Position numbers and translations under genes: made by a program. A stretch of 64,000 bases of DNA, taken from NCBI GenBank assembly GCA_963674965.2, contig CAXXFL010000005.1, positions 32,001 to 96,000 on the forward strand. The letters run 5' to 3'. This stretch comes from a bacterium (lineage in GTDB: Bacteria > RBG-13-61-14 > DATKZS01). Below the pieces are notes generated by a model. That model was not told the origin of the DNA and ran no database searches. It worked only from the letters and a program-made list of their open reading frames with translations. Positions 31,788 through 41,990 of this stretch are shown here, piece after piece (the first letter of the stretch is position 1; each line of letters starts with the position of its first letter).

Positions 31788-32939
31788 TCAGCGCAAAAGT
31801 GACTCATAAAGCTCCCTATGCCTCTCGATCATCCGCGAGATGGAGAATTCCCTCGATACCCTCTCGCGTCCGGCCCGGCCCATGGCTTCACTTCTTTTCC
31901 GGCCCAGAAGCAGGGCGGCCGCCGCTCGCGCCAGTTCTCCAACGTCGTCCGGCTTGACCAGGATGGCCGTTTCTCCCTCGGCCGTTCGCTCGATCCCGCC
32001 GGCCACGACCGCCTCGCCGGTCCCGTCAACCTCCGTCGCCACCACGGGAACGCCCGCGGCCATGGCCTCGAGCGCCACGTTGGGCATTCCCTCCCACCGC
32101 GAGGGCAAGACGAAAAGGTCGAGTCCGGCTATGAACTTTGCAGCGTCGCCGTATTGCCCCAAAAACGATATTTTATCTTCCAGTCCCAGGTCCTTGGTCA
32201 AGACCTCGAGAGCCGACCTTTCCGGCCCGTCCCCCGCTATGGCCAACCGAACGTTCGGCTCCAGACTCAATATCTCGGGCATGGCCTTGATCAGAAGGTC
32301 CACTCCCTTTTGTAAATGGAGTCTGCCCAAGCTCCCGATAAGGAGACAATCATCGGGAAGACCCAGTTCCTTTTTAAGCGACGTCCGGTCGGCCTCGAGG
32401 AAGGGGCCCACGTCAACCCCGTTCGGGATAACGGTTACCTCGCCTTTAAGTCCCAGCCGGGCCGAGTAATGATCGGCCACTGCTTGGCTCACGGCCGCGT
32501 ATCTCGTCACGAGTCTCCTGGTTAGCTTGTCGACGGGATATTGGAAGAGGCGCTCCCGCTCGATCACGCGGAGGCTCGAGACGTTGGCGCGAACGCCGGC
32601 GACGCCGGCGGCCAGTCTTCCCAGCAGGTTGGCCTGGAACAGCCAGCAATGGAGGATATCGGGCGGGTCCGTCCTCAATTCCTTCACTAACTTTGTAAAC
32701 GCGGGAACAAGATATAAAGGATAAGCGGCCCCGACGGAGGGGGGAAGGCCAAGAGACAAGACCGGGACCCCGGCGGCCTCGATCGCCCGGGCCGTCGCGC
32801 CGGGCCGCTTCATGACGATGACCCGGAAAGAGAAGCGGTCCCCATCCAGGCGCGTGACGATCTCGAACAGCGCCTTTTCCGCGCCTCCCACCCCGGAGTC
32901 GGTGATCAGGCAGTCGATCCTCGCCTTCTTTACGCCCAA
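31788..32939 (-). CDS. Glycosyltransferase family 4
   Basis: GGAEK, IPNGVD, PSRWEGMPNVALEAMAAG. Likely TTG start at 32939 overlapping the GT2 stop. Confidence 0.9.
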   Translation of the reverse strand: MGVKKARIDCLITDSGVGGAEKALFEIVTRLDGDRFSFRVIVMKRPGATARAIEAAGVPVLSLGLPPSVGAAYPLYLVPAFTKLVKELRTDPPDILHCWLFQANLLGRLAAGVAGVRANVSSLRVIERERLFQYPVDKLTRRLVTRYAAVSQAVADHYSARLGLKGEVTVIPNGVDVGPFLEADRTSLKKELGLPDDCLLIGSLGRLHLQKGVDLLIKAMPEILSLEPNVRLAIAGDGPERSALEVLTKDLGLEDKISFLGQYGDAAKFIAGLDLFVLPSRWEGMPNVALEAMAAGVPVVATEVDGTGEAVVAGGIERTAEGETAILVKPDDVGELARAAAALLLGRKRSEAMGRAGRERVSREFSISRMIERHRELYESLLR

Positions 32940-33871
32940 GGGCTTCCCTCTTTGCGGCGACGGTAAACAAGGGCCGCCTCCGCGGCGGACGGACCGCCCA
33001 GCGAGAGAAAAAGCAGTCCCCACGCGCGTAACGCGGCCGGGTGAAGCCTGAGCGCGGACAATAGCTCCGAGCGGGCGTGGGCCGAGTCCAGCGCCGCCAG
33101 CATGCGCACCGCGCTCTCGAGGTAGCAGTTGGCCCTGGCTTTTTTCAGGACGCCGGCGGGCAGGTCGGGACGGAGCTTCGCCGCCCTCGAAACCACGAGG
33201 AGGCTATCTTCCCTCATGGCCATGCCCCGAGTATGCACCGTGCCGCCCTCTTGCCTGCGGTAATCGACGCTGACCTCGGGGACGTGGACCGCCGGCCACG
33301 AGTCGAGCACTCGGAGCCAAAGGTCCCAGTCCTGCCCGCTTTTAAGCCCGGGAAGAAACCCGCCCACCTTATCGATGCAATCCCGTCTGACGGCGGCCGA
33401 GCTGGTGGTGATATTGTTGGCCAGAAGGCAGGTGATAAAGGGATCGGGTCCCGGGTCGGGCGAGCGCTTGATCTTCAACTCGGTCCCGGCCGCGTCGATC
33501 ACCATGGCGTCGGCGTATACTATTCCCGCCTCGGGCTCGGCCAGGATGGCCTTCTCGAGCCTTTCCAGATGGCCCGGCCTCCAGCGGTCGTCGGCGTCGA
33601 GAAAGGCTATCCAGTCTCCCCTCGAGGCCTCGATCCCGGAGTTGCGGGCCAGGGACACGCCTTTGTTCTCTTGCCTTACAACCAGCGCCTTGTCCGCGTA
33701 TTCGGCCAGGACCTCGGGCGTGTCGTCGGTAGAGCCGTCGTCCACCACAATGACCTCGAAGTCCGGTCCCACCTGGGCCAGGGCGCTCGAGACGGCCTCG
33801 CCCACCCAGGCGCCGCGATTATAGGCGGGTATGACCACGCTGAAAAGAACGCTGTTTGTACGCCGTTGCAT
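32930..33871 (-). CDS. Glycosyltransferase family 2
   Basis: SVVIPAYN, VVDDGSTD, FLDADD, QDWDLWLR. Confidence 0.9.
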   Translation of the reverse strand: MQRRTNSVLFSVVIPAYNRGAWVGEAVSSALAQVGPDFEVIVVDDGSTDDTPEVLAEYADKALVVRQENKGVSLARNSGIEASRGDWIAFLDADDRWRPGHLERLEKAILAEPEAGIVYADAMVIDAAGTELKIKRSPDPGPDPFITCLLANNITTSSAAVRRDCIDKVGGFLPGLKSGQDWDLWLRVLDSWPAVHVPEVSVDYRRQEGGTVHTRGMAMREDSLLVVSRAAKLRPDLPAGVLKKARANCYLESAVRMLAALDSAHARSELLSALRLHPAALRAWGLLFLSLGGPSAAEAALVYRRRKEGSPWA

Positions 33872-33886
33872 TTGCCTCAGCCGGTT

Positions 33887-35101
33887 TTATCCCGCTTGTC
33901 CGAGCCCTTTGCCTCGCGCCTTTTTCCCGGACTCGAATTCCTTCACGATCTTTTTAAAGCGAGGCCCGTCGGTCAGTACCTCGAGGGCCGTAAGGGCAAG
34001 GAGTATGGCCCCCTCCCGAACGGCCTTTTTTCCGGCCTTGCCGCCTGCGGCCTTCTCGAATTCCCTGGTGTGTATGGCCACCTCGTGGGGCGCCGAGATG
34101 GGAACGTGGGGATGGATGCAGGGCAGGGCCTGGCTGAGGTTTCCCACGTCCGAGCTTCCGATGTTCTTGTCCTCGGGCCCGTAAAAAGGCTCGAGGCCGA
34201 GGGCCCTCACGTTTTCCTCGTATATGGCCGCCAGTTCCCGGTTGACCAGGAACGGGGCCACCAGCGGCTCGGGACGGCGGATGGACAGCCGGCATCCCGT
34301 TGCCTTGGCCGCTCCCCTGGCGCAGGCGTCCACTTTCATGGCCGCGTCGGCCAAAACGTCCAGGTCCAGGGCCCGGACCATGCAGCTTATTTCCGACCTC
34401 TCCGGGATAATGTTGGCCGCCTTGCCTCCGTCCCTGATAATGGCGTGCACCCTTACCTCGTCCCGAAGCTGCTGCCGGAGGGCGCTCATGCCCGTGTAAA
34501 AGAGGACCGCCGCGTCGAGGGCGTTCACTCCCCCCTCCGGGAAAGCCGCGGCGTGTGAGGCCTTGCCTTTAAAAACGTATTCCACCTGCATGACGCCGAG
34601 GAACAGCCGGACCACCTGCCGCTTGCTCGAGGGATGGACCATCATGGCCGCGTCAATGTCCTCGAACACGCCGGCCTCGAGCATGGATATCTTGCCCACG
34701 CCCGCCTCCTCCGCGGGGGTCCCGACGACCGACGCCGGCAGCTTGGGGAAAAGACCCGCCAGGGCCGCGCCCGCGCCGGCGGCGGCCGCGGCTATCACGC
34801 TGTGGCCGCAGGCGTGGCCGATGGCCGGCAGGGCGTCGTATTCCGCCAGGATGGCCGCCCGAGGCCTTTTGGCCGGCGGCCCGGAGTCGGCTCGGAAGGA
34901 GGTTGGGAGTCCCGCCAGTCCCCTCTCGACCATGAAACCCTTGAGGTCCAGGAAGGAACACAAGGCGTCCGCGGCTTTTATTTCCTGGAGGGAAAGCTCG
35001 GGTTGAAAGTGGATGGTCTGGTGAAGGGTCTCGAGTTCGGGCATGATCCCGTCCACGAAATCGACGATTTTTTTTCTTGTCTGGTCGTTGTTTTTACTCA
35101 T
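33887..35101 (-). CDS. M20 family amidohydrolase
   Basis: EYDALP..GHACGH, GTPAEE, GKASHAA, GSSDVGN. Confidence 0.88.
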   Translation of the reverse strand: MSKNNDQTRKKIVDFVDGIMPELETLHQTIHFQPELSLQEIKAADALCSFLDLKGFMVERGLAGLPTSFRADSGPPAKRPRAAILAEYDALPAIGHACGHSVIAAAAAGAGAALAGLFPKLPASVVGTPAEEAGVGKISMLEAGVFEDIDAAMMVHPSSKRQVVRLFLGVMQVEYVFKGKASHAAAFPEGGVNALDAAVLFYTGMSALRQQLRDEVRVHAIIRDGGKAANIIPERSEISCMVRALDLDVLADAAMKVDACARGAAKATGCRLSIRRPEPLVAPFLVNRELAAIYEENVRALGLEPFYGPEDKNIGSSDVGNLSQALPCIHPHVPISAPHEVAIHTREFEKAAGGKAGKKAVREGAILLALTALEVLTDGPRFKKIVKEFESGKKARGKGLGQAG

Positions 35102-35270
35102 GGGCACAGGTTATCACAGGCGGGGCCGCCAAGCCAAGGACGAGACCGCCGCCGAGGAACCCCTTAATTATCAGGCATGAATATAAAGATCCCCTTCAAA
35201 AGGCTATAGCCGATTGTCCGGCTGGAGGATATGAGTTAAAATAATAGTTTAGTCTAGTGGGGGACCATGG

Positions 35271-35558
35271 ATGAGCGGGAACAAAAAGCGTAAAAAGGAC
35301 GTCTTTAACTTTGAGAAGTCCCTGGCCCTTCTCGAGGAGAAGGTCAGGTCCCTCGAGTCGGGGGAGCTGACCCTGGAGGACAGCCTGAAGGCCTTCGAGG
35401 ACGGCGTGGGTCTGGTCAAGTCCTGCCGCGATTATCTCGAGGAAGCCAGGATCAAGGTCGAGGTGCTTCTGGGGGAAGAGGACGGGTCCCCCATCATCGA
35501 GCCTTACGAGGAGGACGTCGAGGATGAAGATGACGAGGAAGAGGAGGATGAGGATTGA
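35271..35558 (+). CDS. xseB: Exodeoxyribonuclease VII small subunit with an acidic tail
   Basis: FEKSL..LEEKV..LESGELTLEDSL..FEDG; upstream of ispA. Confidence 0.9.
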   Translation: MSGNKKRKKDVFNFEKSLALLEEKVRSLESGELTLEDSLKAFEDGVGLVKSCRDYLEEARIKVEVLLGEEDGSPIIEPYEEDVEDEDDEEEEDED

Positions 35559-36454
35559 GCGGAACGCGCGAAGAATTCAACCTTAGCGTCTACCTCGAGA
35601 AATGGCGCGGCAAGGTGGACTACGTCCTCGACAAGGTCCTTCCCCCCGCGGGTAAACGGCCGGCCGCCCTGCACGAGGCCATGCGCTACAGCGTTTTCGC
35701 CGGCGGGAAACGAATAAGACCCATCCTGAGCGTGGCCGCCATCGAGGCCTTGAACGGAAACGGAGAAAACGTTCTCCGCGTGGGCGCGGCCATCGAGATG
35801 GTTCACGCTTACAGCCTTATTCACGACGACCTGCCGGCCATGGACAACGACGACTTGAGGAGGGGCAAGCCCACCTGCCATAAAAAGTTCGGCGAGGCCG
35901 CGGCCATACTGGCGGGAGACGCCCTTTTAACCGACGCCTTCGGGATCATCGTCACCGACCAAAACCTGGACCCCTGGATTAAGAACGTTTTTATTGCGGA
36001 GTTGGTCCTGGCGGCCGGGAGCTCCGGCATGGTGGGCGGCCAGGTGGTTGACATGGAAATGGAAAAACAGAAGTACGATAAGATCGACCTCGATTTCATA
36101 CATGAGAACAAGACGGCGAAAATGATCGCGCTCTCGGTGGTGGCGGGGGCCATGATCGGGAACGCCGACGAGAAGGAACTGGACGCCATGCGCGGGTACG
36201 GCAAGTCCCTGGGTCTTTGCTTCCAGATAGTGGACGACGTTCTCAACGTGGCCGGCGGCAAGGAGACCGGAAAGGGCGTGGGCACTGACGCCGAAAGGGG
36301 CAAGGCGACCTATCCCGCCCTGATAGGTCTGGACAAGTCCAGGGAAAGGGCAAGGGCGCTTCGCGACGAGGCGCTCGAGTGCCTTTGTGTTTTCGACGAC
36401 CGGGCCGAAGCTCTTCGGGAGATCGCGAGGTACGTGGTGGCGAGAGATCGCTGA
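35555..36454 (+). CDS. ispA: Farnesyl diphosphate synthase
   Basis: GGKRIRP, SLIHDDLPAMDNDDLRRG, FQIVDD, GKATYP. Confidence 0.93.
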   Translation: MSGTREEFNLSVYLEKWRGKVDYVLDKVLPPAGKRPAALHEAMRYSVFAGGKRIRPILSVAAIEALNGNGENVLRVGAAIEMVHAYSLIHDDLPAMDNDDLRRGKPTCHKKFGEAAAILAGDALLTDAFGIIVTDQNLDPWIKNVFIAELVLAAGSSGMVGGQVVDMEMEKQKYDKIDLDFIHENKTAKMIALSVVAGAMIGNADEKELDAMRGYGKSLGLCFQIVDDVLNVAGGKETGKGVGTDAERGKATYPALIGLDKSRERARALRDEALECLCVFDDRAEALREIARYVVARDR

Positions 36455-36518
36455 TCTCTTGACGCCGACCGCGATCGAGATTGGCGGCGGCCGGGGGCGT
36501 CCCTCTGGGGGAGGGAAC

Positions 36519-38444
36519 ATGAACAAACCGAAAAGCGGCAAGCTTTTGCCTCGGGTTGACGACCCGTCGGACCTTCGCGGCCTTGACAGGGAGGACCTGA
36601 CCAGGCTGGCCGACGAGATACGCGAGGAAATCCTCTCCGCCATATGCACCACGGGCGGCCATCTGGCCTCGAGCCTGGGGGTGGTCGAGTTGGCGATAGC
36701 CATCCATTACTCCTTTAACACGCCCTACGACAAGGTCATATGGGACGTGGGCCACCAGACCTATCCCCACAAGATACTGACGGGAAGACGGGAGAGGTTT
36801 TCCTCCATACGCTGCCACCAGGGCCTGTCGGGGTTTCCCAAGCGGAACGAGAGTCCTTATGACGCCTTTGGAACGGGACACGCCTCGACCTCCATTTCCG
36901 CGGCCATGGGCATGGCCGAGGCCATCAGGCTGTCGGGCAAGTTCAACAACGTGATAGCCGTCATCGGCGATGGAGGCCTCACGGGCGGCATAGCCCTCGA
37001 GGCCCTCAACCAGACCCGGGCGGACGATTACAACCTCAAGGTCATCCTCAACGACAACGAGATGTCCATCGCCCCCAGCGTGGGACAGCTCTCGACCTGG
37101 CTGTCCCGCTCGGTGGTTTCCAAGCCCGCCCTCAAGGCCGTCCGCGTGGCCAGGCGGGTGGCCGAGCCGCTGCCCGAGTGGCTCTTCGAGGAACTCAGCT
37201 ACCTGGGCAAAAGGTGGCGGCAGAGCTTTTTGACCTTCTGGACGCCGGGTACCCTGTTCGAGGCCCTCGGCTACCACTATATTGGACCGGTGGACGGGCA
37301 CCGGCTGGACCAGCTTTTACCCGCCCTCGATCACGCCAAGGAAATAGACGCCCCCGTGCTCGTGCACGTTATGACCACCAAGGGCAAGGGCTGCGCCTTC
37401 GCGGAGGAACACCCGTCCACTTTCCACGGCATCGGGCCCTTTGATCCCGAGACGGGCGAGACGCCCGCCAAGGAGGGACCGCCCTCCTACACGGGAGTCT
37501 TCGCCAAAACCATGCTCGAGCTTTTCGAAAGTAACGAAAAGCTGGTGGCCATAACCGCGGCAATGCCGCAAGGGACGGGCCTTGACAAGGTGGGAAAGAA
37601 ATATCCCGACCGCGTCTTCGACATGGGCATCACCGAGCCTCACTGCGTGACCTTCGCCGCCGGCATGGCCTGCGAGGGATACAGGCCGGTGGTGGCCATC
37701 TACTCGACTTTCCTGCAAAGGGCCTACGACCAGATCATTCACGACGTGGCGCTGCAGAAACTGCCCGTCATTTTCTGCCTCGACCGGGCGGGGCTGGTGG
37801 GGGAGGACGGGCCCACCCACCACGGGGCCTTCGATATTTCCTACCTGAGGGCCGTGCCCAACGTGCAAATCCTGAGTCCTTCCGACGAGAACGAGCTCCG
37901 GGCCATGCTTCACGCCGCGGCCTCGCGCGACGGCGGCCCCATCGCCATCCGCTACCCTCGCGGCCGTGCCCTGGGCGCGCCCATGCCGGAGGAGCCGCCC
38001 CCTATTCCCTGGGGCAAGGGCGAGTTGAAAAGGGAAGGCAAGGACCTGGTCATCATCGCCGCGGGCAACATGGTGGCTCCCTCGCTGGAGGCCGCCGCTC
38101 TCCTGGACTCGGAGGGCATTTCCGCGGCCGTAATCAACGCCCGATTCGTCAAGCCCCTCGACCGCGAACTTATCCTGGAGTGGGCCGAGAGAACGGGCCG
38201 GGTGGTCACGGTGGAAGAAAACGCCCTGGCCGGCGGTTTCGGATCGGCCGTTATCGAGACCGTCCTCGACGCGGGGCAGTCCGCGGCTTTCCGCCGGATA
38301 GGCCTCGAGGACGGGTTCGTCGAGCAGGGCCCTCCGGCCGCCTTACGACGCGAGTTAGGTCTGGACGGCGAGGGCATAGCCTCGAGCTGCCGCGATTTTA
38401 TTCAGGGAAAACGGGCCCGCAGGAAGGTCCTTACTCCCGTGTAA
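36519..38444 (+). CDS. dxs: 1-deoxy-D-xylulose-5-phosphate synthase
   Basis: GGHLASSLG, WDVGHQ, GDGG, NDNEMSI, DRAGLVGEDGPTHHG. Start at ATG 36519. Confidence 0.96.
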   Translation: MNKPKSGKLLPRVDDPSDLRGLDREDLTRLADEIREEILSAICTTGGHLASSLGVVELAIAIHYSFNTPYDKVIWDVGHQTYPHKILTGRRERFSSIRCHQGLSGFPKRNESPYDAFGTGHASTSISAAMGMAEAIRLSGKFNNVIAVIGDGGLTGGIALEALNQTRADDYNLKVILNDNEMSIAPSVGQLSTWLSRSVVSKPALKAVRVARRVAEPLPEWLFEELSYLGKRWRQSFLTFWTPGTLFEALGYHYIGPVDGHRLDQLLPALDHAKEIDAPVLVHVMTTKGKGCAFAEEHPSTFHGIGPFDPETGETPAKEGPPSYTGVFAKTMLELFESNEKLVAITAAMPQGTGLDKVGKKYPDRVFDMGITEPHCVTFAAGMACEGYRPVVAIYSTFLQRAYDQIIHDVALQKLPVIFCLDRAGLVGEDGPTHHGAFDISYLRAVPNVQILSPSDENELRAMLHAAASRDGGPIAIRYPRGRALGAPMPEEPPPIPWGKGELKREGKDLVIIAAGNMVAPSLEAAALLDSEGISAAVINARFVKPLDRELILEWAERTGRVVTVEENALAGGFGSAVIETVLDAGQSAAFRRIGLEDGFVEQGPPAALRRELGLDGEGIASSCRDFIQGKRARRKVLTPV

Positions 38445-38451
38445 CCCCGCC

Positions 38452-39192
38452 ATGTCTTCCCCCAAGTCCCTCCGTCTGGACCAACTGCTGGTGGAAAGAG
38501 GGCTGGCCCAAAGCCGCTCGCTCGCCAGGTCTCTTATCATGTCCGGCGCGGTGCTGGTCAACGGCGAGGTAAAGGACAAGGCCGGGACCCCGGTCCGGCA
38601 TGACGCGGCGGTCGAGCTCAAGGAAAAACCGAGGTACGTAAGCCGCGGAGGGTTGAAGCTCGAGGCGGGCCTTGATGGCTTTGGCGTCGATCCGTCAGGA
38701 TTGACCTGCCTGGACGCCGGGGCTTCCACCGGCGGCTTCACCGACTGTCTTCTGCAAAGGGGGGCCGCAAAAGTATACGCCGCGGACGTGGGAAAGGGCC
38801 AACTCGACTGGCGGCTTCGAAACGACGGGCGAGTGATCGTATTGGAGGGAGTCAACGCCAGGAACCTGGATCGCGAGATCATCCCCGAGGAAGTATCTTT
38901 GGCGGTCGCCGACGTTTCCTTTATTTCCCTCACCCTGGTGTTGCCGGCCATAACTTCCCTTCTCGGTGAGACGGGAAATATCATCGCCCTGGTCAAGCCC
39001 CAGTTCGAGGCCGGCAGGGAAAAGGTGGGCAAGGGCGGCGTGGTGCGCGACCCGGAGATTATCCGGCAATGCGTGGACGACGTTTCGAGTTTCGCCGCGA
39101 CGATCGGGCTTGCCGAGGCCGGGCGCCTGCCCTCCCCCATCAAGGGCCCGAAGGGAAACCAGGAATGGCTGATTCACCTGATACTTGACTGA
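38452..39192 (+). CDS. tlyA: TlyA-family RNA methyltransferase (S4 + FtsJ domains)
   Basis: RLDQLLV, YVSRGGLKL, DAGASTGGFTD, KPQFEAG. Confidence 0.93.
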   Translation: MSSPKSLRLDQLLVERGLAQSRSLARSLIMSGAVLVNGEVKDKAGTPVRHDAAVELKEKPRYVSRGGLKLEAGLDGFGVDPSGLTCLDAGASTGGFTDCLLQRGAAKVYAADVGKGQLDWRLRNDGRVIVLEGVNARNLDREIIPEEVSLAVADVSFISLTLVLPAITSLLGETGNIIALVKPQFEAGREKVGKGGVVRDPEIIRQCVDDVSSFAATIGLAEAGRLPSPIKGPKGNQEWLIHLILD

Positions 39193-39303
39193 CCGATAAT
39201 ATCTAAATCCGAGAGTCGGTGGCCGCCGAACGTTTGGCTTTTTAATAGCCTTGGCGAATAAGCATAATCCGCGCCAAGAGGAACATGGAAAAACGAGCCT
39301 TAT

Positions 39304-40332
39304 TCAATTCCCGTTATTATTGGCTTCTAGAATGGCGTCGGCCACCTCGTTGGTATAGGCAACGGCCCCGTCGGCGGTGACGTGATCGAGGTTTTGCAGT
39401 TGTTCCAACGGGAAAGGGAAGGTTTTTTCCAGAATGATTACCCTCTCATTTCCCGCGACGGCCGATTTCAACTCCGCTTCTATTCTTTTCATGTTGCCCT
39501 GAAAATTCGCGTCATCGTTCAATTTTTCATAGACCGGTCCATTGGCGATATACACCTTGAACTTATGTTCATCGGATATTTGGGAGATGATTTTAAGACT
39601 TTGGAGATTTATCGAGGAGAGGCTCAATTCCTTTTCAATTTTTAATAAATGGCCGGCATAGTCCCTCTCGACGTTTTCAGGCATCGCATCCAGTTCCAAC
39701 ATGAATCCATCCTCGCTTAAAATCCATGGCTTAATTCCCGGGAATCCGGGATATCCCAGGAAGCCTTGAAAGACCTCCGCCATAGCCGACCTTTCATACA
39801 GCAGCGGCGCTCTCTTTCCGAGGAAAAACAACGTTTTTTGTTTGGCCGTAAACTTTTCGAGAATACCTTTCCGGTTTATTTCACGCCAGTCCAATGGAAT
39901 CTCGGCAAGGGCAAGAGCGTTGGCTTCCCTCGGCCAGACGTCATAGGCGTGGACCAGCAAAATATTTCCCGGAGGTCCGTAAAGCTCGACGTATCTTTCC
40001 AACATCAACGCGTCGTTAAAAGCGGTAAGAGTTCCAACGGTGCACAGGTTGATCGCCTTTCCTCCCATTCTTCCAGAGAATATCCTGGGCTCGAGACCCT
40101 GGTTGCCGTTCGAGTCGCCAAGCACCAGCCAATCGACCTCGCCCGCGCTCTTCAGTAGCTCCCATTTATATCGGATCAGATAATTCCCTCGGTTGGGAGT
40201 GTTATTATCGAGATACCAAACGGCGAATAAGTTAAATAAGAAAGTGATAATCATAACTCCGGAAACGTTCGCGAACACGGTCCGCAAGGGGACCTCCGGA
40301 CAGATTTCCTCAGGAAGATAGGTTTTCGGCAT
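39304..40332 (-). CDS. Membrane-anchored SGNH-like protein, putative acyltransferase partner of the MBOAT
   Basis: N-terminal TM; LVLGDS motif; C-terminal NLDH; AT-richer than the flanks. Confidence 0.6.
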   Translation of the reverse strand: MPKTYLPEEICPEVPLRTVFANVSGVMIITFLFNLFAVWYLDNNTPNRGNYLIRYKWELLKSAGEVDWLVLGDSNGNQGLEPRIFSGRMGGKAINLCTVGTLTAFNDALMLERYVELYGPPGNILLVHAYDVWPREANALALAEIPLDWREINRKGILEKFTAKQKTLFFLGKRAPLLYERSAMAEVFQGFLGYPGFPGIKPWILSEDGFMLELDAMPENVERDYAGHLLKIEKELSLSSINLQSLKIISQISDEHKFKVYIANGPVYEKLNDDANFQGNMKRIEAELKSAVAGNERVIILEKTFPFPLEQLQNLDHVTADGAVAYTNEVADAILEANNNGN

Positions 40333-40401
40333 GACGGGTCTCCCGTATATTCCATGCGTGACATGTAAACGGAAAATTTACTCTCTTCATCATCCACGTC
40401 C

Positions 40402-41838
40402 TTAAAACTGGAAATAAATAAACTCCGGGGACTCGCGCACCCCGAAAACCGCGATCCCCACGAATAACAGCCCATAGACTGGTATCCTGATTATTGGACT
40501 CGAGTTGCATATGACGTTTAAATCCTGAGAAACGTACTGGGCCACCTGGACGGCCAGCAAGGGAACAGCGTAAAAGGCTATCTCCCAAGCCAGGGCCGCC
40601 GTGCCGTCGGAGGCGAGAAGGGAGGCGTTGGAAAACATGTACATGATCTGATGGGCCGAACCCGATCTGAATATGACCCAGCCCACAAGAGCGAAGAAAA
40701 ACATGGCCGCCATTTTCAAGCACGTTACCAGGCGGGAATATTCCCCGCTCCAGGGGGCGGCAATGGCCGGACGCCTCTCGAAACGCCTGTAAAGCGCCAG
40801 CAGAATTCCATGATAGGCTCCCCATAAGACGAAATTCCAGGCCGCCCCGTGCCAGAGTCCTCCCAGCAGCATTGTTATCATCAGGTTCCTGTAGGTGTTT
40901 AGGGACCCTTTTCGGTTTCCCCCCAGCGGGATATAAAGGTAATCCCGAAGCCAGGTGGAAAGGGAAATATGCCACCTTCGCCAGAAGTCCGTCGGATTGA
41001 TAGCGAAAAAGGGCAGCTTGAAGTTGATCATAAGCTCGAAACCCATGAGCTTGCTCAGTCCCCGCGCCACGTCGGAATAGCCGGAAAAGTCGCAGTAAAT
41101 CTGGAACGTGAAGGCCAGACCGCCAAGGACCAGGTCAAGACCCGAATACTCGCCATAGTTGTTGAATATCTGGTCGGACAATAAGCCAAGATTGTCGGCG
41201 ATAACCATTTTCTTGAAATAGCCCCATAGCAGGAGATAAAGCCCGGCGTTTATTCCTCCCATGGTTATGGATCGAGGTCTTTGCATTTGAGGCAGAAGGT
41301 TTTTGGCTCTTTCGATGGGACCGGCCACGAGCTGAGGAAAAAAGGCCACGAAAAGGGCAAAGTCGATCAAATCTTCACAAGGTTCGAGCCTTTTTTTATA
41401 GACGTCCACCACGTAACCGATCGATTGAAAAGTAAAAAAGCTTATGCCCACCGGGAGAAGCAGGTTTAGAGTCACCGGATTCATTTTCAGACCCAGCAAA
41501 TTAAACAGGTCCGCCGCGCCGTCCATAAAAAAGTTGAAGTATTTAAAGACGCATAAAACCCCCAGGCTGAAAACGACGTTGGCGGCAAGGAGGAGTTTCC
41601 TTTTCCTTTTTCCTTCCTGGCTACGGTCGGTAACGCGGCCAATGTGGAGCGCGCAGTAGAAAGACACCAGGGTAACAAGCCAGATAAGTCCGAGGTATTT
41701 ATAGTCCCAATAACCGTAGAAAACGTAGCTGGCCACGAGAAGAATAATGTTTTGCGGTTTTTTGTGCCTGTATAAAAAAAGATATATCGCGTAGACGACA
41801 ATGAAAAAAACTATAAAGGTCAAAGAGTTGAATAGCAT
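40402..41838 (-). CDS. MBOAT O-acyltransferase (AlgI/DltB/PatA-like)
   Basis: MLFNS, PVGISFFTFQ, FFPQLVAGPIER, FWRRWHISLSTWLRDYLYIPLGG, GLWHGA, FIYFQF. Confidence 0.93.
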   Translation of the reverse strand: MLFNSLTFIVFFIVVYAIYLFLYRHKKPQNIILLVASYVFYGYWDYKYLGLIWLVTLVSFYCALHIGRVTDRSQEGKRKRKLLLAANVVFSLGVLCVFKYFNFFMDGAADLFNLLGLKMNPVTLNLLLPVGISFFTFQSIGYVVDVYKKRLEPCEDLIDFALFVAFFPQLVAGPIERAKNLLPQMQRPRSITMGGINAGLYLLLWGYFKKMVIADNLGLLSDQIFNNYGEYSGLDLVLGGLAFTFQIYCDFSGYSDVARGLSKLMGFELMINFKLPFFAINPTDFWRRWHISLSTWLRDYLYIPLGGNRKGSLNTYRNLMITMLLGGLWHGAAWNFVLWGAYHGILLALYRRFERRPAIAAPWSGEYSRLVTCLKMAAMFFFALVGWVIFRSGSAHQIMYMFSNASLLASDGTAALAWEIAFYAVPLLAVQVAQYVSQDLNVICNSSPIIRIPVYGLLFVGIAVFGVRESPEFIYFQF

Positions 41839-41990
41839 CTAGGGTTTTCCGTGGATTTGGGATTTGAAGATTCTATCACCTGGCCGGTTTTTCGGCAAAC
41901 CTCAGAAACCTCTGGAACGTGTTTTTCTTTATTCGCGCGGGAAGATAATCATCGTTCACGCTTGCAATCCTTTCCAGTTGGGAGGAAAAT

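Noticed and set aside
33077-34558. Long antisense ORFs (also 2173-3387, 12034-13299, 20229-21530, 26595-27770, 58308-59555)
   Set aside because: Shadow frames opposite well-supported genes, expected at high GC, with no recognisable motifs.
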